IMG/VR virus record: IMGVR_UViG_3300018080_000343
Span: 1 to 37,547 of that record
Length of the DNA stretch: 37,547 nt
Source: a virus
Lineage: Duplodnaviria; Caudoviricetes
Reading direction: 5' to 3' (one strand)
Part shown: piece after piece, positions 15,504 to 24,400 of the stretch
How positions within the stretch are numbered: position 1 is the first letter of the stretch
Layout: every line of letters begins with the position of its first letter
Translations under genes and position numbers: made by a program
Notes under the pieces: model-generated
Databases searched by the model: none
What the model saw: only the letters and a program-made list of their open reading frames with translations
What the model was told of the DNA's origin: nothing

Positions 15504-16622
15504 CTAGGATTTTCCCAGTTTGGCCCGGAGCTGATCGAGCATTTGTCTTGCTGTCGCGAGTGGCAACTCCGACAGTTTCGATACGCCGGCCTTGTCCAAT
15601 GCCGCTTGGAGCTTGTCGGACATTTCCAAAACGTGGAGGTGCATCGCGACGAGCAACTGGTGAGCTTGCTCCTCGCTCATGTCATTCATGGTGACACCCT
15701 CGCCGAAAATTTCGCCGGCTTGCTGACGGACCCATTCGTTGAGCTTGAACTTCGCCGCGATCTGCTTAATTTCGTTTTTCGATTCCATCGAAGCAGCCGC
15801 AAGTGCGTCGCCCTTCGCCGTCGCCGCTGCCGCTTCGGCGTTCGCTTCGGCCACCGCAGGATCAACCGCTCTGGCAGTGTCACCGCCTTGTGACTCCGAC
15901 GCAGCATCCGTGCCAGACTCCGTGGCTGTCGCCTCCGTGTCTTGCTCCGTTGGTGCGTCACTGCCAGAGGAAGGTTGATCGTCCTGCGTTGTGGATTGTC
16001 GTGATCCTTTCGTGCTGCCTTTTGGCCGGCCGCGTTTTTTCTTTTGCGGTTCCGACTCGACTTGGAACGATGCGTCGATTATTTCACCGCCGATGTACTC
16101 CGCGTCTTCCTGCATCCCGGCCCCGATGGACGGCTCGAACATCGTAGCTGCCCTTCCCCAAAGTTTCGACCGAAGCATCTGGGCAGGGTCTTTGTCCCAA
16201 GCAGACCCAGCCTTGAATTTCTTTCCGTCGCTCTTGCCAAGTCCTTTGCGGTGTGCCATCTCGATCGTGAATTCAATATCGTGCGATTGGCTGCCGTTTT
16301 CCAACCGCACAGCCGCACGCTTGCCGTCCTCCCCCGTGTTCAGCCAAGTCACTTTCCATCCACGGCGAAGCATCTCTGCATGAATCCACTCAGCCCGCAG
16401 GCCGAATCCTCCCTCATCGTAGACGTGGTACTTCTGCTCAAATGCGACTGGGGGCAGCCCCTCGCTGAGCATCTGTATCGCGACCACCGTAGCAAGCGAT
16501 TTGCTCTTGACGCCTTTCATCCCCATTACGATACGTTCACCCATGTTTTGGATGAACGCGAGCGATCGCTCCGGGTCAGAGGCTATCACGCTAAGTGCCA
16601 TTGTTTCCGCCATCGTTTTCAT
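15504..16622 (-). CDS. RecT/Red-beta-like ssDNA annealing protein
   Basis: EFTIEMAHRKGL...SAWDKDPAQMLRSK motif resembling phage recombinases; disordered linker and helical C-terminal domain; lies near the exonuclease and SSB-like genes. Confidence 0.65.
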   Translation of the reverse strand: MKTMAETMALSVIASDPERSLAFIQNMGERIVMGMKGVKSKSLATVVAIQMLSEGLPPVAFEQKYHVYDEGGFGLRAEWIHAEMLRRGWKVTWLNTGEDGKRAAVRLENGSQSHDIEFTIEMAHRKGLGKSDGKKFKAGSAWDKDPAQMLRSKLWGRAATMFEPSIGAGMQEDAEYIGGEIIDASFQVESEPQKKKRGRPKGSTKGSRQSTTQDDQPSSGSDAPTEQDTEATATESGTDAASESQGGDTARAVDPAVAEANAEAAAATAKGDALAAASMESKNEIKQIAAKFKLNEWVRQQAGEIFGEGVTMNDMSEEQAHQLLVAMHLHVLEMSDKLQAALDKAGVSKLSELPLATARQMLDQLRAKLGKS

Positions 16623-16776
16623 TCTCCCTTTGCTGTTTTCGTTCCCAAATAACCTCCGAAATAAGACACGCTATTGCGACTGCCAGGGGGATGCACGCGA
16701 TGGCAGTCGAGATCGTTGCTAGTTTCCAGACTTCCATTGTCTATTACTTCCAAAAAAGCCGAGCGTGACTGTCGCA

Positions 16777-17370
16777 TCATGGCCGCGATAAAATCGCTGT
16801 CGCCGTCCAGCCGTCACCTTTTGAGTTTTTCTCGGCCAATCTTGCTGCCGAGACCAACCACTCGGCAAATTCTCGCGTCGTGGCTGATCGTTGATTCCTA
16901 CTCAATCGCTTGTACGGTCGTCGTTGTCCACTGCCTTCCCTGTTGTGAAGCCGTAGAGGAACCTCAATCTGCGATGGATCAATCCCGCAAAATGCAAGCC
17001 ACGTCGTCTTCTTCATCGGATAGCCCCACCACGCCTGCCAAACTTCAATCGTCCAGAGGTCGCCGTCTAGCGGCCTTCCCGGTTGCGGTAGTCCGCCCGC
17101 CTCGAATAACTCGGAAAATGTCGGCTGTTCCAAAACGCCGCCGCATTCCTTTAGCTTCTCGCAGCAGAATAACCCCAGCTCTTTTTCTCCCGGTTCTGGC
17201 TTGGCTTGATGTTTCGTTTTTACGCTCCAACTTCGGCATGGCGGGTGAGCTACAATCGGCATTCCGCCACCGAAAGTCCTAGCATCTCGACGTGCGTCAT
17301 AGACTTCGACATCCGGCAATGACTTGTAGATACTGCGCGAGGCAGCGCATAAGATAGCCACGGTCCGCAT
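16777..17370 (-). CDS. compact C5-cytosine methyltransferase-like protein
   Basis: IVAHPPCR (catalytic PC motif IV-like), GVLEQP (ENV/ENP-like), QAWWG..KKTTWL; start moved to ATG 17370. Confidence 0.6.
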   Translation of the reverse strand: MRTVAILCAASRSIYKSLPDVEVYDARRDARTFGGGMPIVAHPPCRSWSVKTKHQAKPEPGEKELGLFCCEKLKECGGVLEQPTFSELFEAGGLPQPGRPLDGDLWTIEVWQAWWGYPMKKTTWLAFCGIDPSQIEVPLRLHNREGSGQRRPYKRLSRNQRSATTREFAEWLVSAARLAEKNSKGDGWTATAILSRP

Positions 17371-18272
17371 CACACAACTCCGAATTTGCGGGCGATCGCC
17401 CACTCCTCTTTACAGTCCCACTCCAGGTACGTCTTCGCCTGCTGTTTATCGAGCATGTCGCCCGAATTCCAGAGTCGGTGAAAATCCGAGCCATCAAGGT
17501 CTTGCTCTTCCTCTGGTCGTGCGACTCCGAGATATCGGGCTACGTCTTTTGCCTTCGCGCCTTTCTTCGACTTCGCGCCTTTCTTCGACTTACCGACTGG
17601 GTCAAAGTGCATTCCGCCGAGATCCCAGACATCCATCAAATCAACGAAGACTGGCGAAAGCCATTTGAAATTACGGTCGAGGATGTTGGGCGGCTGCAAG
17701 TCCAGCCTGCAAGCCCAGACCCACAAAAACCACACATCGAAGTTTTTGATGTTCCAGCCGACAAGATGCTTTCCCTGGCTGGCAACTGCCGAGAATCGCC
17801 GGAAGAAATCCGACACGATGTGCTCCGGCTCGTCGCTGACAATCTCGACATGTTCGCCATCGGCCGTGTAGCCGACTGCCAGAGGAACGCCAGTCACGGG
17901 CGAGAGCGGAGCCTTGTCGAGTGCTTCCGCCCAGTAGTCCACCTCGCCGGTTTCCAGTCTTTTTTCGTAGTCGGCGAGGGCCTTGTGGTGTTTCTGCCGC
18001 TCAGCCTCGATTTTCTGTGCGATCTTGTCGGCATCTTTCAGCCGGCCAAGTCGCACTTTCGTGTCATCAAATTCTGCCGGAGGAGCTGGTCCGACCGAAT
18101 CTGCATCCCACCCCGGCAGAATCGACTTGAGTTGCTCCAGCGGCAATGGTCCGGTCTCGATATCAAAAACGACGGACCGATCCGTTGCTACCTTCACGGG
18201 CTCGCCTGTTGCTTCCGTTTCTTCTTCGTCAAAAAATCCCATAATCCTCCTCCTCGTTTTTCTTCTGCTCAA
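17370..18272 (-). CDS. DnaQ/PolB-like 3'-5' exonuclease
   Basis: Exo I VVFDIETG, Exo II VGWNIKNFD, Exo III YLEWD; real start may be ATG 18242 (MGFFDEE). Confidence 0.8.
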   Translation of the reverse strand: MSRRKTRRRIMGFFDEEETEATGEPVKVATDRSVVFDIETGPLPLEQLKSILPGWDADSVGPAPPAEFDDTKVRLGRLKDADKIAQKIEAERQKHHKALADYEKRLETGEVDYWAEALDKAPLSPVTGVPLAVGYTADGEHVEIVSDEPEHIVSDFFRRFSAVASQGKHLVGWNIKNFDVWFLWVWACRLDLQPPNILDRNFKWLSPVFVDLMDVWDLGGMHFDPVGKSKKGAKSKKGAKAKDVARYLGVARPEEEQDLDGSDFHRLWNSGDMLDKQQAKTYLEWDCKEEWAIARKFGVV

Positions 18273-18339
18273 TATACTCCGCTTCGTCTGGCGCCCGCCC
18301 GCGACGACGAGCAGCGGACGAGGTGGGGGAAAGGTGGAT

Positions 18340-18558
18340 TCAGTCCCAATCTCCCTCCCAGCCGTCCTCCGTCGATCCGTCCGGGAACACGGTAGTCCGT
18401 TTCTTCCCGTCTTCCAGCATTACCTCCTCGTCGCGGTCCCGTGCGATTCCGCGAGCCGCCTGGATCGCCTCGTCGCACACCGACGAGGACTGCAGCCCGA
18501 CCGTGATCTCTTCTCCATTTCTGTTGTAGATTTCCGCCATCGTTTTTCCACCTTTCAA
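18340..18558 (-). CDS. small acidic hypothetical protein
   Basis: MAEIYNRNGEEITVGL...; AAGGTGG upstream of the internal ATG. Confidence 0.5.
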   Translation of the reverse strand: MKGGKTMAEIYNRNGEEITVGLQSSSVCDEAIQAARGIARDRDEEVMLEDGKKRTTVFPDGSTEDGWEGDWD

Positions 18559-18578
18559 AAAATAGTTCAGAAAATAGT

Positions 18579-18992
18579 TCAGACATTCCCTCGCGGGTCT
18601 TCGGTCTTGCCCGCGATGATTGCTTTGGCCAGTACTCGATATTTGCGAATCGCTCGTCGCGTCAACCGGTGGATGTCGGCACGCGTCTCGGGGCCGGCGA
18701 ACTTCGCCAATGGCTTATCCTGCCGGCTGCAATTGCACGCCCGGCAAGCCGTGATAAGGTTGCTGGCGTCGTTGCTCCCGCCGTCCGACTCGCAGCAGAC
18801 GTGATCGAGGGTGATATCTGTGGGATGTGCTCCGTGGAGATCCTTGCAGCAGTAGACGCAACGGAAGGAATCCCGCAGGTAGATGGCCAGTCGCAGGTCT
18901 TTGCGGATGCAGACGCCTTTGTAGGCCCGCCGTGAATCCTTCGCCCGTTTCCCGCTTCGTCCGTTTTTCGCTTTGGCTGTTTTCGTTTTCAT
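18579..18992 (-). CDS. HNH endonuclease
   Basis: RDSFRCVYC, TLDHV, GGSNDASNLITACRACN; AAGGGAG RBS. Confidence 0.9.
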   Translation of the reverse strand: MKTKTAKAKNGRSGKRAKDSRRAYKGVCIRKDLRLAIYLRDSFRCVYCCKDLHGAHPTDITLDHVCCESDGGSNDASNLITACRACNCSRQDKPLAKFAGPETRADIHRLTRRAIRKYRVLAKAIIAGKTEDPRGNV

Positions 18993-19015
18993 CGTTGCTC
19001 CCTTTCACTGCCCTA

Positions 19016-19043
19016 ATTCTACCATAGTATTCGTCCGTGTCAA
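19016..19043 (-). promoter_or_regulatory. sigma70-type promoter for the early operon
   Basis: TTGACA (19043-19038), 16-nt spacer ending in TGG (extended -10), TAGAAT (19021-19016), just upstream of the HNH gene. Confidence 0.7.
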
Positions 19044-19115
19044 CGCATTCTCTTGATAATTCCCCGAAGTTTTCCGTCTTTTTTTCGTTGACGTAAACGT
19101 ATACCAGATAGGGAG

Positions 19116-19340
19116 TTACGTCGCCTGCTTGGGAGGTTGCCCCGGTCCAGGGCGTTTTTTCGAGAGGATTTCCGCCAGTTCCGCCCGCCGCAGTAACCGA
19201 ATCCGGCCACAAACGCGTCCCAGCCCCAGCCTGCGAGCGATCGTAGAAATAGTCGAGGGTGCAACGCCGGTGAGTTCCGCCGCCTCACTCAGCGAAATCG
19301 GGTAAGTGGTGTCAGGTGCTTGCTTCTTCATGGCATCCAT
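19116..19340 (-). CDS. small HTH DNA-binding protein (excisionase/MerR-like)
   Basis: ISLSEAAELTGVAPSTISTIARRLGLGR...RPGPGQP; start may be ATG 19331. Confidence 0.75.
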   Translation of the reverse strand: MDAMKKQAPDTTYPISLSEAAELTGVAPSTISTIARRLGLGRVCGRIRLLRRAELAEILSKKRPGPGQPPKQAT

Positions 19341-19368
19341 CCTACTATAGATTATTCGGCCGTGTCAA
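19339..19368 (-). promoter_or_regulatory. second sigma70-type promoter upstream of the HTH gene
   Basis: TTGACA (19368-19363), 18-nt spacer, TAGGAT (19344-19339); shares 16/17 nt with the 19028-19044 site. Confidence 0.55.
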
Positions 19369-19394
19369 CTAGTATCTTGAGGAGGAAATCAAAA

Positions 19395-19586
19395 ATGTCA
19401 AAAGAAGCCTACCGAACCTGGCTGCGATTGTGCTTCGTCACCGGGGCGATGTTCGCGGCTGCAGTGATCTACTCAATCGCTGGCTGTTCTTCGCCAAGCC
19501 AGAAACCGGCAGACGAGCCGGCTCCGCCAGTGTACCCGACGCCGCTGCCAGCTCCAATTCTGCCAGCTCCAATTCCGCCAGGATAA
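19395..19586 (+). CDS. small Pro-rich lipoprotein-like protein
   Basis: GAGGAGG RBS, ATG 19395, hydrophobic stretch ending IAGC (lipobox-like), Pro-rich tail. Confidence 0.65.
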   Translation: MSKEAYRTWLRLCFVTGAMFAAAVIYSIAGCSSPSQKPADEPAPPVYPTPLPAPILPAPIPPG

Positions 19587-19625
19587 AAAGAAACCCGGCC
19601 ATCGGCGGCGGAACCGATGACCGGG
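19585..19625 (-). terminator. intrinsic terminator of the structural operon
   Basis: Minus strand CCCGGTCATCGG-TTCCGCCG-CCGATGGCCGGG followed by TTTCTTTTT. Confidence 0.75.
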
Positions 19626-19650
19626 CGAGGGCAGGAACGACGATGTTTTG

Positions 19651-21090
19651 TCATGGTTCGGCTGGCCAAATTTGTGCTGCTCGAAATTCGGCTCCACCTG
19701 TACCAGATAAAAAATCTACTGTCGGCAAGGGTGATCCGCTACCACCAGATACAGATAGTTCACCTTTCCATCGAATCTTATCACCGGCGGAAAGCTCCCA
19801 CTGAGAAAGATAACCACATAATGACAAGATGTAATTCCCGGCGTTTCCCGCTCCCGGTTGCGACCACCTTACGTACGGTGCTTGATCTACATAAGCTGCA
19901 GCAGCATAACTAATTTGTGGCGTCCAAGTAAAATTGAAACTTTCGTTTGCTTCTACACCTGAAACCTGAAAAACTCCCCAATACTTTATGTCCCAAACGC
20001 CATATTCTTCACAAGTAAATTCACCGCTTGCATAGTCCCAGCCGAGAATATAATCCACGAGTGCGAACTGCACTGATACAGCTTCCCAGTCCCAATATGG
20101 CCAGGGAGTAGATGCACCAGCATTTGCTGTCAATGGTGACGTGCTTGAATCAAGATAGCCCAGCGAAAAACCAACATACGGATGGTAGTTACCCAAGGCA
20201 ACAAGACAGGTTTGCTGGCCGGTAGATGTTGGTGCATTTAGAATGCGATGTGGACCACGAACACATGATACAAGTCGATATTCACCGGGATAAGACCCGC
20301 AATAAAGATGTTCTACGTCATGGATATAAACAGTCGCCGGCGTAACACCAGTAACTTGCACTCGCCCATATTCTCCGGCGGCAACAATGTGTTGAAGTAC
20401 TCCATGTCGATTCCATCTCTCGTCATCTTCCCGCCAAGTCCAAGTCGGCTCCGCCATGTCGCCGCCCGGTTCCGACTGCGGATAAAATCCCCAAGTCGGA
20501 TTGGCAATACCGACAAGATCCCACTGTGAGCGAGTATTTTGCGAAACGTTTTTGCACTTGATCTTATTAGTATCAGTTTCGAATTGATCTATCTCGACAA
20601 CGCAAAGCTCTACACCGCTACCAGTGGGAGCATTGAGAATTTTAACTGGACCAACATGGCAGGAAACAAGGTAAGGTAATCCATTTTCTTTACGAGCGTA
20701 TTGGTGAGAACTATTGAGCCAATAGACTCTCGCCTCGCACACGCCCGACACCTGACAATCAGCAATCACATTTTGCGGCGTCGGTTGTCGCAGCACCCCG
20801 AACGATGCCGTTTGCCAGTGCGTTGGCAATCCGCCATCAAGCCAGATATGATCGGCGTCAGTTGTCGCAAGCAGACCGCCCTGAAATTCGACGATGTCAC
20901 CTCGCACTCGATTGCCGCCTGTTGAATTCTTTGCTTTGACGATGCTCGTGCGAACCGACTCGCGTTGGAAGTTATGGCCGCGGCTCAATTCGCGTCGATG
21001 CTGATAGTCGGCCGCGGCATCGTCCCACGCATTCTGTTGCGTGGCCTCTGGCGGTTTCCAGGGAGATCCTTGCTGTGCTTTCTGTGGCAT
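19651..21090 (-). CDS. tail-tip/receptor-binding protein with a duplicated domain
   Basis: Last gene of the tail operon; two related segments of about 130 aa; C-terminal beta-sandwich resembling C1q/BclA (FTCEEYGVWDI...LSAGDKIRW). Confidence 0.65.
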   Translation of the reverse strand: MPQKAQQGSPWKPPEATQQNAWDDAAADYQHRRELSRGHNFQRESVRTSIVKAKNSTGGNRVRGDIVEFQGGLLATTDADHIWLDGGLPTHWQTASFGVLRQPTPQNVIADCQVSGVCEARVYWLNSSHQYARKENGLPYLVSCHVGPVKILNAPTGSGVELCVVEIDQFETDTNKIKCKNVSQNTRSQWDLVGIANPTWGFYPQSEPGGDMAEPTWTWREDDERWNRHGVLQHIVAAGEYGRVQVTGVTPATVYIHDVEHLYCGSYPGEYRLVSCVRGPHRILNAPTSTGQQTCLVALGNYHPYVGFSLGYLDSSTSPLTANAGASTPWPYWDWEAVSVQFALVDYILGWDYASGEFTCEEYGVWDIKYWGVFQVSGVEANESFNFTWTPQISYAAAAYVDQAPYVRWSQPGAGNAGNYILSLCGYLSQWELSAGDKIRWKGELSVSGGSGSPLPTVDFLSGTGGAEFRAAQIWPAEP

Positions 21091-21093
21091 CTT

Positions 21094-21936
21094 TTATCCA
21101 CCCCACCCGAACGCAGAGACGTATGCTTTCCATTGCCTGGCAGCCGGCCGAATAGTGAGGAAATAATCAACAGGTTTGACGGGCTTATCGTCCAATATAT
21201 GATCTTTGAATCGAGGTTCGAGGATATCCCATCCGTATTTTTTGCTGATTGTGATTTTGCCTACATCGAAGTTCGTTCGATTATAAGAAATGGCAAAGGA
21301 ATAACTCGCACTCGCTTCAGCATCAGTTTCAGTAAAAGGACCACCGAGGTACATAACCTCGCCTTTTGCGTATCCCAAAAACGTATCACTATTTGGAAAA
21401 CCAACTAGTTCGCCGATGGCCTTAATGTAATCCCGATTCAGAATGCCTTCTGGATGCCGAAACGAGACGTTAATTTTCGGTTGGCTCACGGGTATGTCGA
21501 TTCCCGCGATCTGGTCACCATCTTTGCCGATGGGTTCCGTTTCTCCGACAATTCCCTGCGGAGCGTTTGCCCCATGTGCCCCGATCACTTCGCCGTGTGT
21601 GACGTGAACAGTTCCGCCAGAGGTATCGACTTGAATCTGATACGCTCCAGCTTGTCGGTCAACAGGGCCATATTCAACTGAGATGTTGTAGTTCAGTGCA
21701 TAATGATTTTCGTGGACCTGCACCGCGTTCGCGAACAAAGTGCCGACTGGAGAAGCGTACGTCCTTGCGTATTGGCTCACCCAAGACAAAGCGTAGGCTG
21801 CCATGTTGTCGAAGTAATCGCCGCTGAAAGTCGCAGGCAAGGTGTCGATGGAGCGATACTGGCGAACGATACGCGATGTGTGACGGTCAAACATCGCGTC
21901 ACTTCCCGGCACTGCTTCAAATCGAAAATTGGACAT
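21094..21936 (-). CDS. putative distal tail/hub protein
   Basis: Directly follows the tape measure gene; NSDTFLGYAKGEVMYLG and KKYGWD beta-rich motifs. Confidence 0.6.
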   Translation of the reverse strand: MSNFRFEAVPGSDAMFDRHTSRIVRQYRSIDTLPATFSGDYFDNMAAYALSWVSQYARTYASPVGTLFANAVQVHENHYALNYNISVEYGPVDRQAGAYQIQVDTSGGTVHVTHGEVIGAHGANAPQGIVGETEPIGKDGDQIAGIDIPVSQPKINVSFRHPEGILNRDYIKAIGELVGFPNSDTFLGYAKGEVMYLGGPFTETDAEASASYSFAISYNRTNFDVGKITISKKYGWDILEPRFKDHILDDKPVKPVDYFLTIRPAARQWKAYVSAFGWGG

Positions 21937-21939
21937 GGC

Positions 21940-24081
21940 TTAACCGTATGCGAGGTTCCCGCGAATCTGCTCTGCGATACGCCGAAAATGCTCCATTGAT
22001 TCGAGTTGCTTTTTTGTGAGGTTTTTGGTTTCGGCTATATCGTTGGCCATCTTTTTTTGCGGAGTGAACTGCTGACCGTAGCCCATCGCAACTGCCGCTG
22101 CCGCAGAAAATGTAGCTGTGATGCCAGCGACACCGCCTCCACTTGGCTTTGCTTCCTCTTCCTCGATGACTTTGCGTTCAGCAGCATATCGTTTGCGAAT
22201 CAAGTCCTTTTGTTTCGCCGTTTTTGCTTCACGAAGGGCAATTCTTTTTTCGTGCTCCAACAATGCAAGCCGCTCATCCAATCCGTCTTTCGCTGCTCGA
22301 ATCTGTGCGGCTGCCACATCATCGGCCAATTGTTGTTCTGTCTGTTTTTCTATTTCGAGCAGTCGCTTTTTTTCTTCTTCTTCCTGCTCTCGATATCGAG
22401 AACGTATGGAAGCTATTTCTCGCTGCCTGAGTTGTTCCGCTAATTGCAGGTCTTCGGCTGATGCATCCTGGTCGGATAACATCTTTTGATATTGCCGATT
22501 CAGATTTTCAACCTCTTGTTGCTCTCGCGAAAGGTTGCTAATGCGATTGCGGAATGCTCGTTCTTCGAGTTGCTGGAGAAATTCCCGTGTCTTTATTTCT
22601 TTTTCGTCCGCCTTAGCTTTTTCAGCAGCCATACTACCTGGTTTTTGCTCTGCTCCTTCTATGTCTTCCGACTCCGTCCCCTCTGGTGAACTGAGTTCTT
22701 TCAGTAATATATCGCGTCGTATTTCGAGCGGCTGTTCACCTATTCCCCACGTTGTTTCCTTGGGTTCTTCTTCTTCTAATCCAAGTGTTTTTATGACCCC
22801 GCTAGAAGCCAAGCCAAGGGGGCTCCATTCAAACGCTTTTTTCGCCGCTTTTTTTGCGAATGTAGCACTCCAAGAAACAAAATCATCTGACATGGAATTC
22901 AGCATCATATTCCACTGCATTCTCAACTCTATTGTTAGCAGTTCCCACGCTTTATCGAGTTGACCGCTTTGTATTGCATTCTTAATTCCTTCAAGTGCCT
23001 CACCAAAATGGCCAGCCATCGCCTTGAGATCAGAAGACAAATCGGAAAATGCACCCTCCTGCCACATTTCATAAAGAGCGGTTCCTGCAATCAAAGCAAA
23101 ACCAGCCACCAATGCCGCTATGGCTGCCGCTATGGCAATAGTTACCGCTCCGATTGGAGATAGAAGAAATCCAATGGCAGTACCAATACCAGAGATTGCA
23201 ATGCCCGCTCCGGCAATCGTCGTGCCGAGCAAAATAATTGCCGTACCGGCTCCGGCCAGGGCGGCACCAACGGCACCGATGACAGGAATGAGTTTTTGAT
23301 TCTGTTTAATCCACTGGCTGGTTGCTACGGCAATAGTCTTTATCCATTCAAGAGCCGGCAAAATGGAATCAGCTAAACTCGCTCCGATGTCAAAGAACGT
23401 CTTTTTGATTACACGACGTACTCGATTGATTGCGTCAGTAACCTTCTCTGCATTTCTTACTTCCTGCTCGCTTGGAATAATCCCTAGGTCGCGAGCCTCT
23501 TTGCGCAACGCTTTGAGATTGCCAAGCATCGGAATAAGCATAGTACCAGAACGGCCGAAAATCTCCTGGGCAATAGCAGCTTTGCGTGTAGCGTCGTCTA
23601 CTGCTCCAAGTCGTTCGGTTATCAGCTCGAACTGATCTTCGGGCGAAAGTCCCTGCAAGTCCTGCAGACTGATGCCGAGAGATTCGAAAGCATCAACGGA
23701 AGTAGATAACCCGCGCTCGTAGTCGCGGATCATCTTTTGCTGTCGCTTAATTGCTTTTTCAAGAGTCGACAACTCAGTGCCAGATTGCTCGGCTGCAAAC
23801 TGAAGTTCGGCCAAAGCTGATGCCGCGATTCCCGTGCGAGTTGACATCTTGCCGAGTTCATCGCCTACCGCTGCAAAATGGACAACGGTAGCCGTAAGAG
23901 TCCCGATGATACTTGCCCCCGCCGCAGTTATGCCAGCACCTATTACCGCAATTGAGCGTCCAATAGACTGCATCTTAGAGCCGACGTTTTTAACGGCGCT
24001 GACGAGTTTTTTTGTCATCTCGTCCTTGAGAAAAAGACGAACGAATGCACCGCCAGCTTGAACGTCGGATTTACCTGGCAT
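21940..24081 (-). CDS. tail tape measure protein
   Basis: 713 aa; AGGAFVRL start, LGKMSTRTGIAASALAELQFAAEQSG, AQEIFGRSGTMLIPML, Ala/Gly/Ile-rich hydrophobic region and long coiled coil. Confidence 0.92.
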   Translation of the reverse strand: MPGKSDVQAGGAFVRLFLKDEMTKKLVSAVKNVGSKMQSIGRSIAVIGAGITAAGASIIGTLTATVVHFAAVGDELGKMSTRTGIAASALAELQFAAEQSGTELSTLEKAIKRQQKMIRDYERGLSTSVDAFESLGISLQDLQGLSPEDQFELITERLGAVDDATRKAAIAQEIFGRSGTMLIPMLGNLKALRKEARDLGIIPSEQEVRNAEKVTDAINRVRRVIKKTFFDIGASLADSILPALEWIKTIAVATSQWIKQNQKLIPVIGAVGAALAGAGTAIILLGTTIAGAGIAISGIGTAIGFLLSPIGAVTIAIAAAIAALVAGFALIAGTALYEMWQEGAFSDLSSDLKAMAGHFGEALEGIKNAIQSGQLDKAWELLTIELRMQWNMMLNSMSDDFVSWSATFAKKAAKKAFEWSPLGLASSGVIKTLGLEEEEPKETTWGIGEQPLEIRRDILLKELSSPEGTESEDIEGAEQKPGSMAAEKAKADEKEIKTREFLQQLEERAFRNRISNLSREQQEVENLNRQYQKMLSDQDASAEDLQLAEQLRQREIASIRSRYREQEEEEKKRLLEIEKQTEQQLADDVAAAQIRAAKDGLDERLALLEHEKRIALREAKTAKQKDLIRKRYAAERKVIEEEEAKPSGGGVAGITATFSAAAAVAMGYGQQFTPQKKMANDIAETKNLTKKQLESMEHFRRIAEQIRGNLAYG

Positions 24082-24400
24082 GTCCGTTTCCTTGTGCTCG
24101 TGCCCGTCTTATCGCCTCTTCTCGCTGCTTGCGGTATGCCTCGCGAATTGCCGGTGTGTCAGGAAGAGGGTAATCGTTCCGCCATTCTCGCAGGTGACCA
24201 GTCCTCACGAAATCTTGCGGCTCGATTCGTTTGGCACCGAGAAGACTGATTACATCCAGGGCGAGTAAACGTCGGCTTTCACGGTGGCCGCAAACCATAA
24301 ACCACAGTTGCCGCAGGGTCAGCTTGCGGGGACTGGTTCCGCATTCTCCGCTGAGTCGGTAGCAGGCTTCGGTAGGGTGGCATCCGGGCCACCAGCAGAC
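24071..24400 (-). CDS. tail assembly chaperone, frameshifted C-terminal (T-like) segment; upstream limit uncertain
   Basis: -1 frame relative to 24319-24912; CYRLSGECGTSPRKLTLRQLWFM motif; directly precedes the tape measure gene. Confidence 0.6.
   Translation of the reverse strand, partial: VCWWPGCHPTEACYRLSGECGTSPRKLTLRQLWFMVCGHRESRRLLALDVISLLGAKRIEPQDFVRTGHLREWRNDYPLPDTPAIREAYRKQREEAIRRARAQGNGHAR

Noticed and set aside
18579-18992. HNH nuclease as the cutting partner of the dead Cas12f-like protein
   Set aside because: More than 5 kb from the cassette and a common stand-alone phage gene; nothing in the sequence links them.
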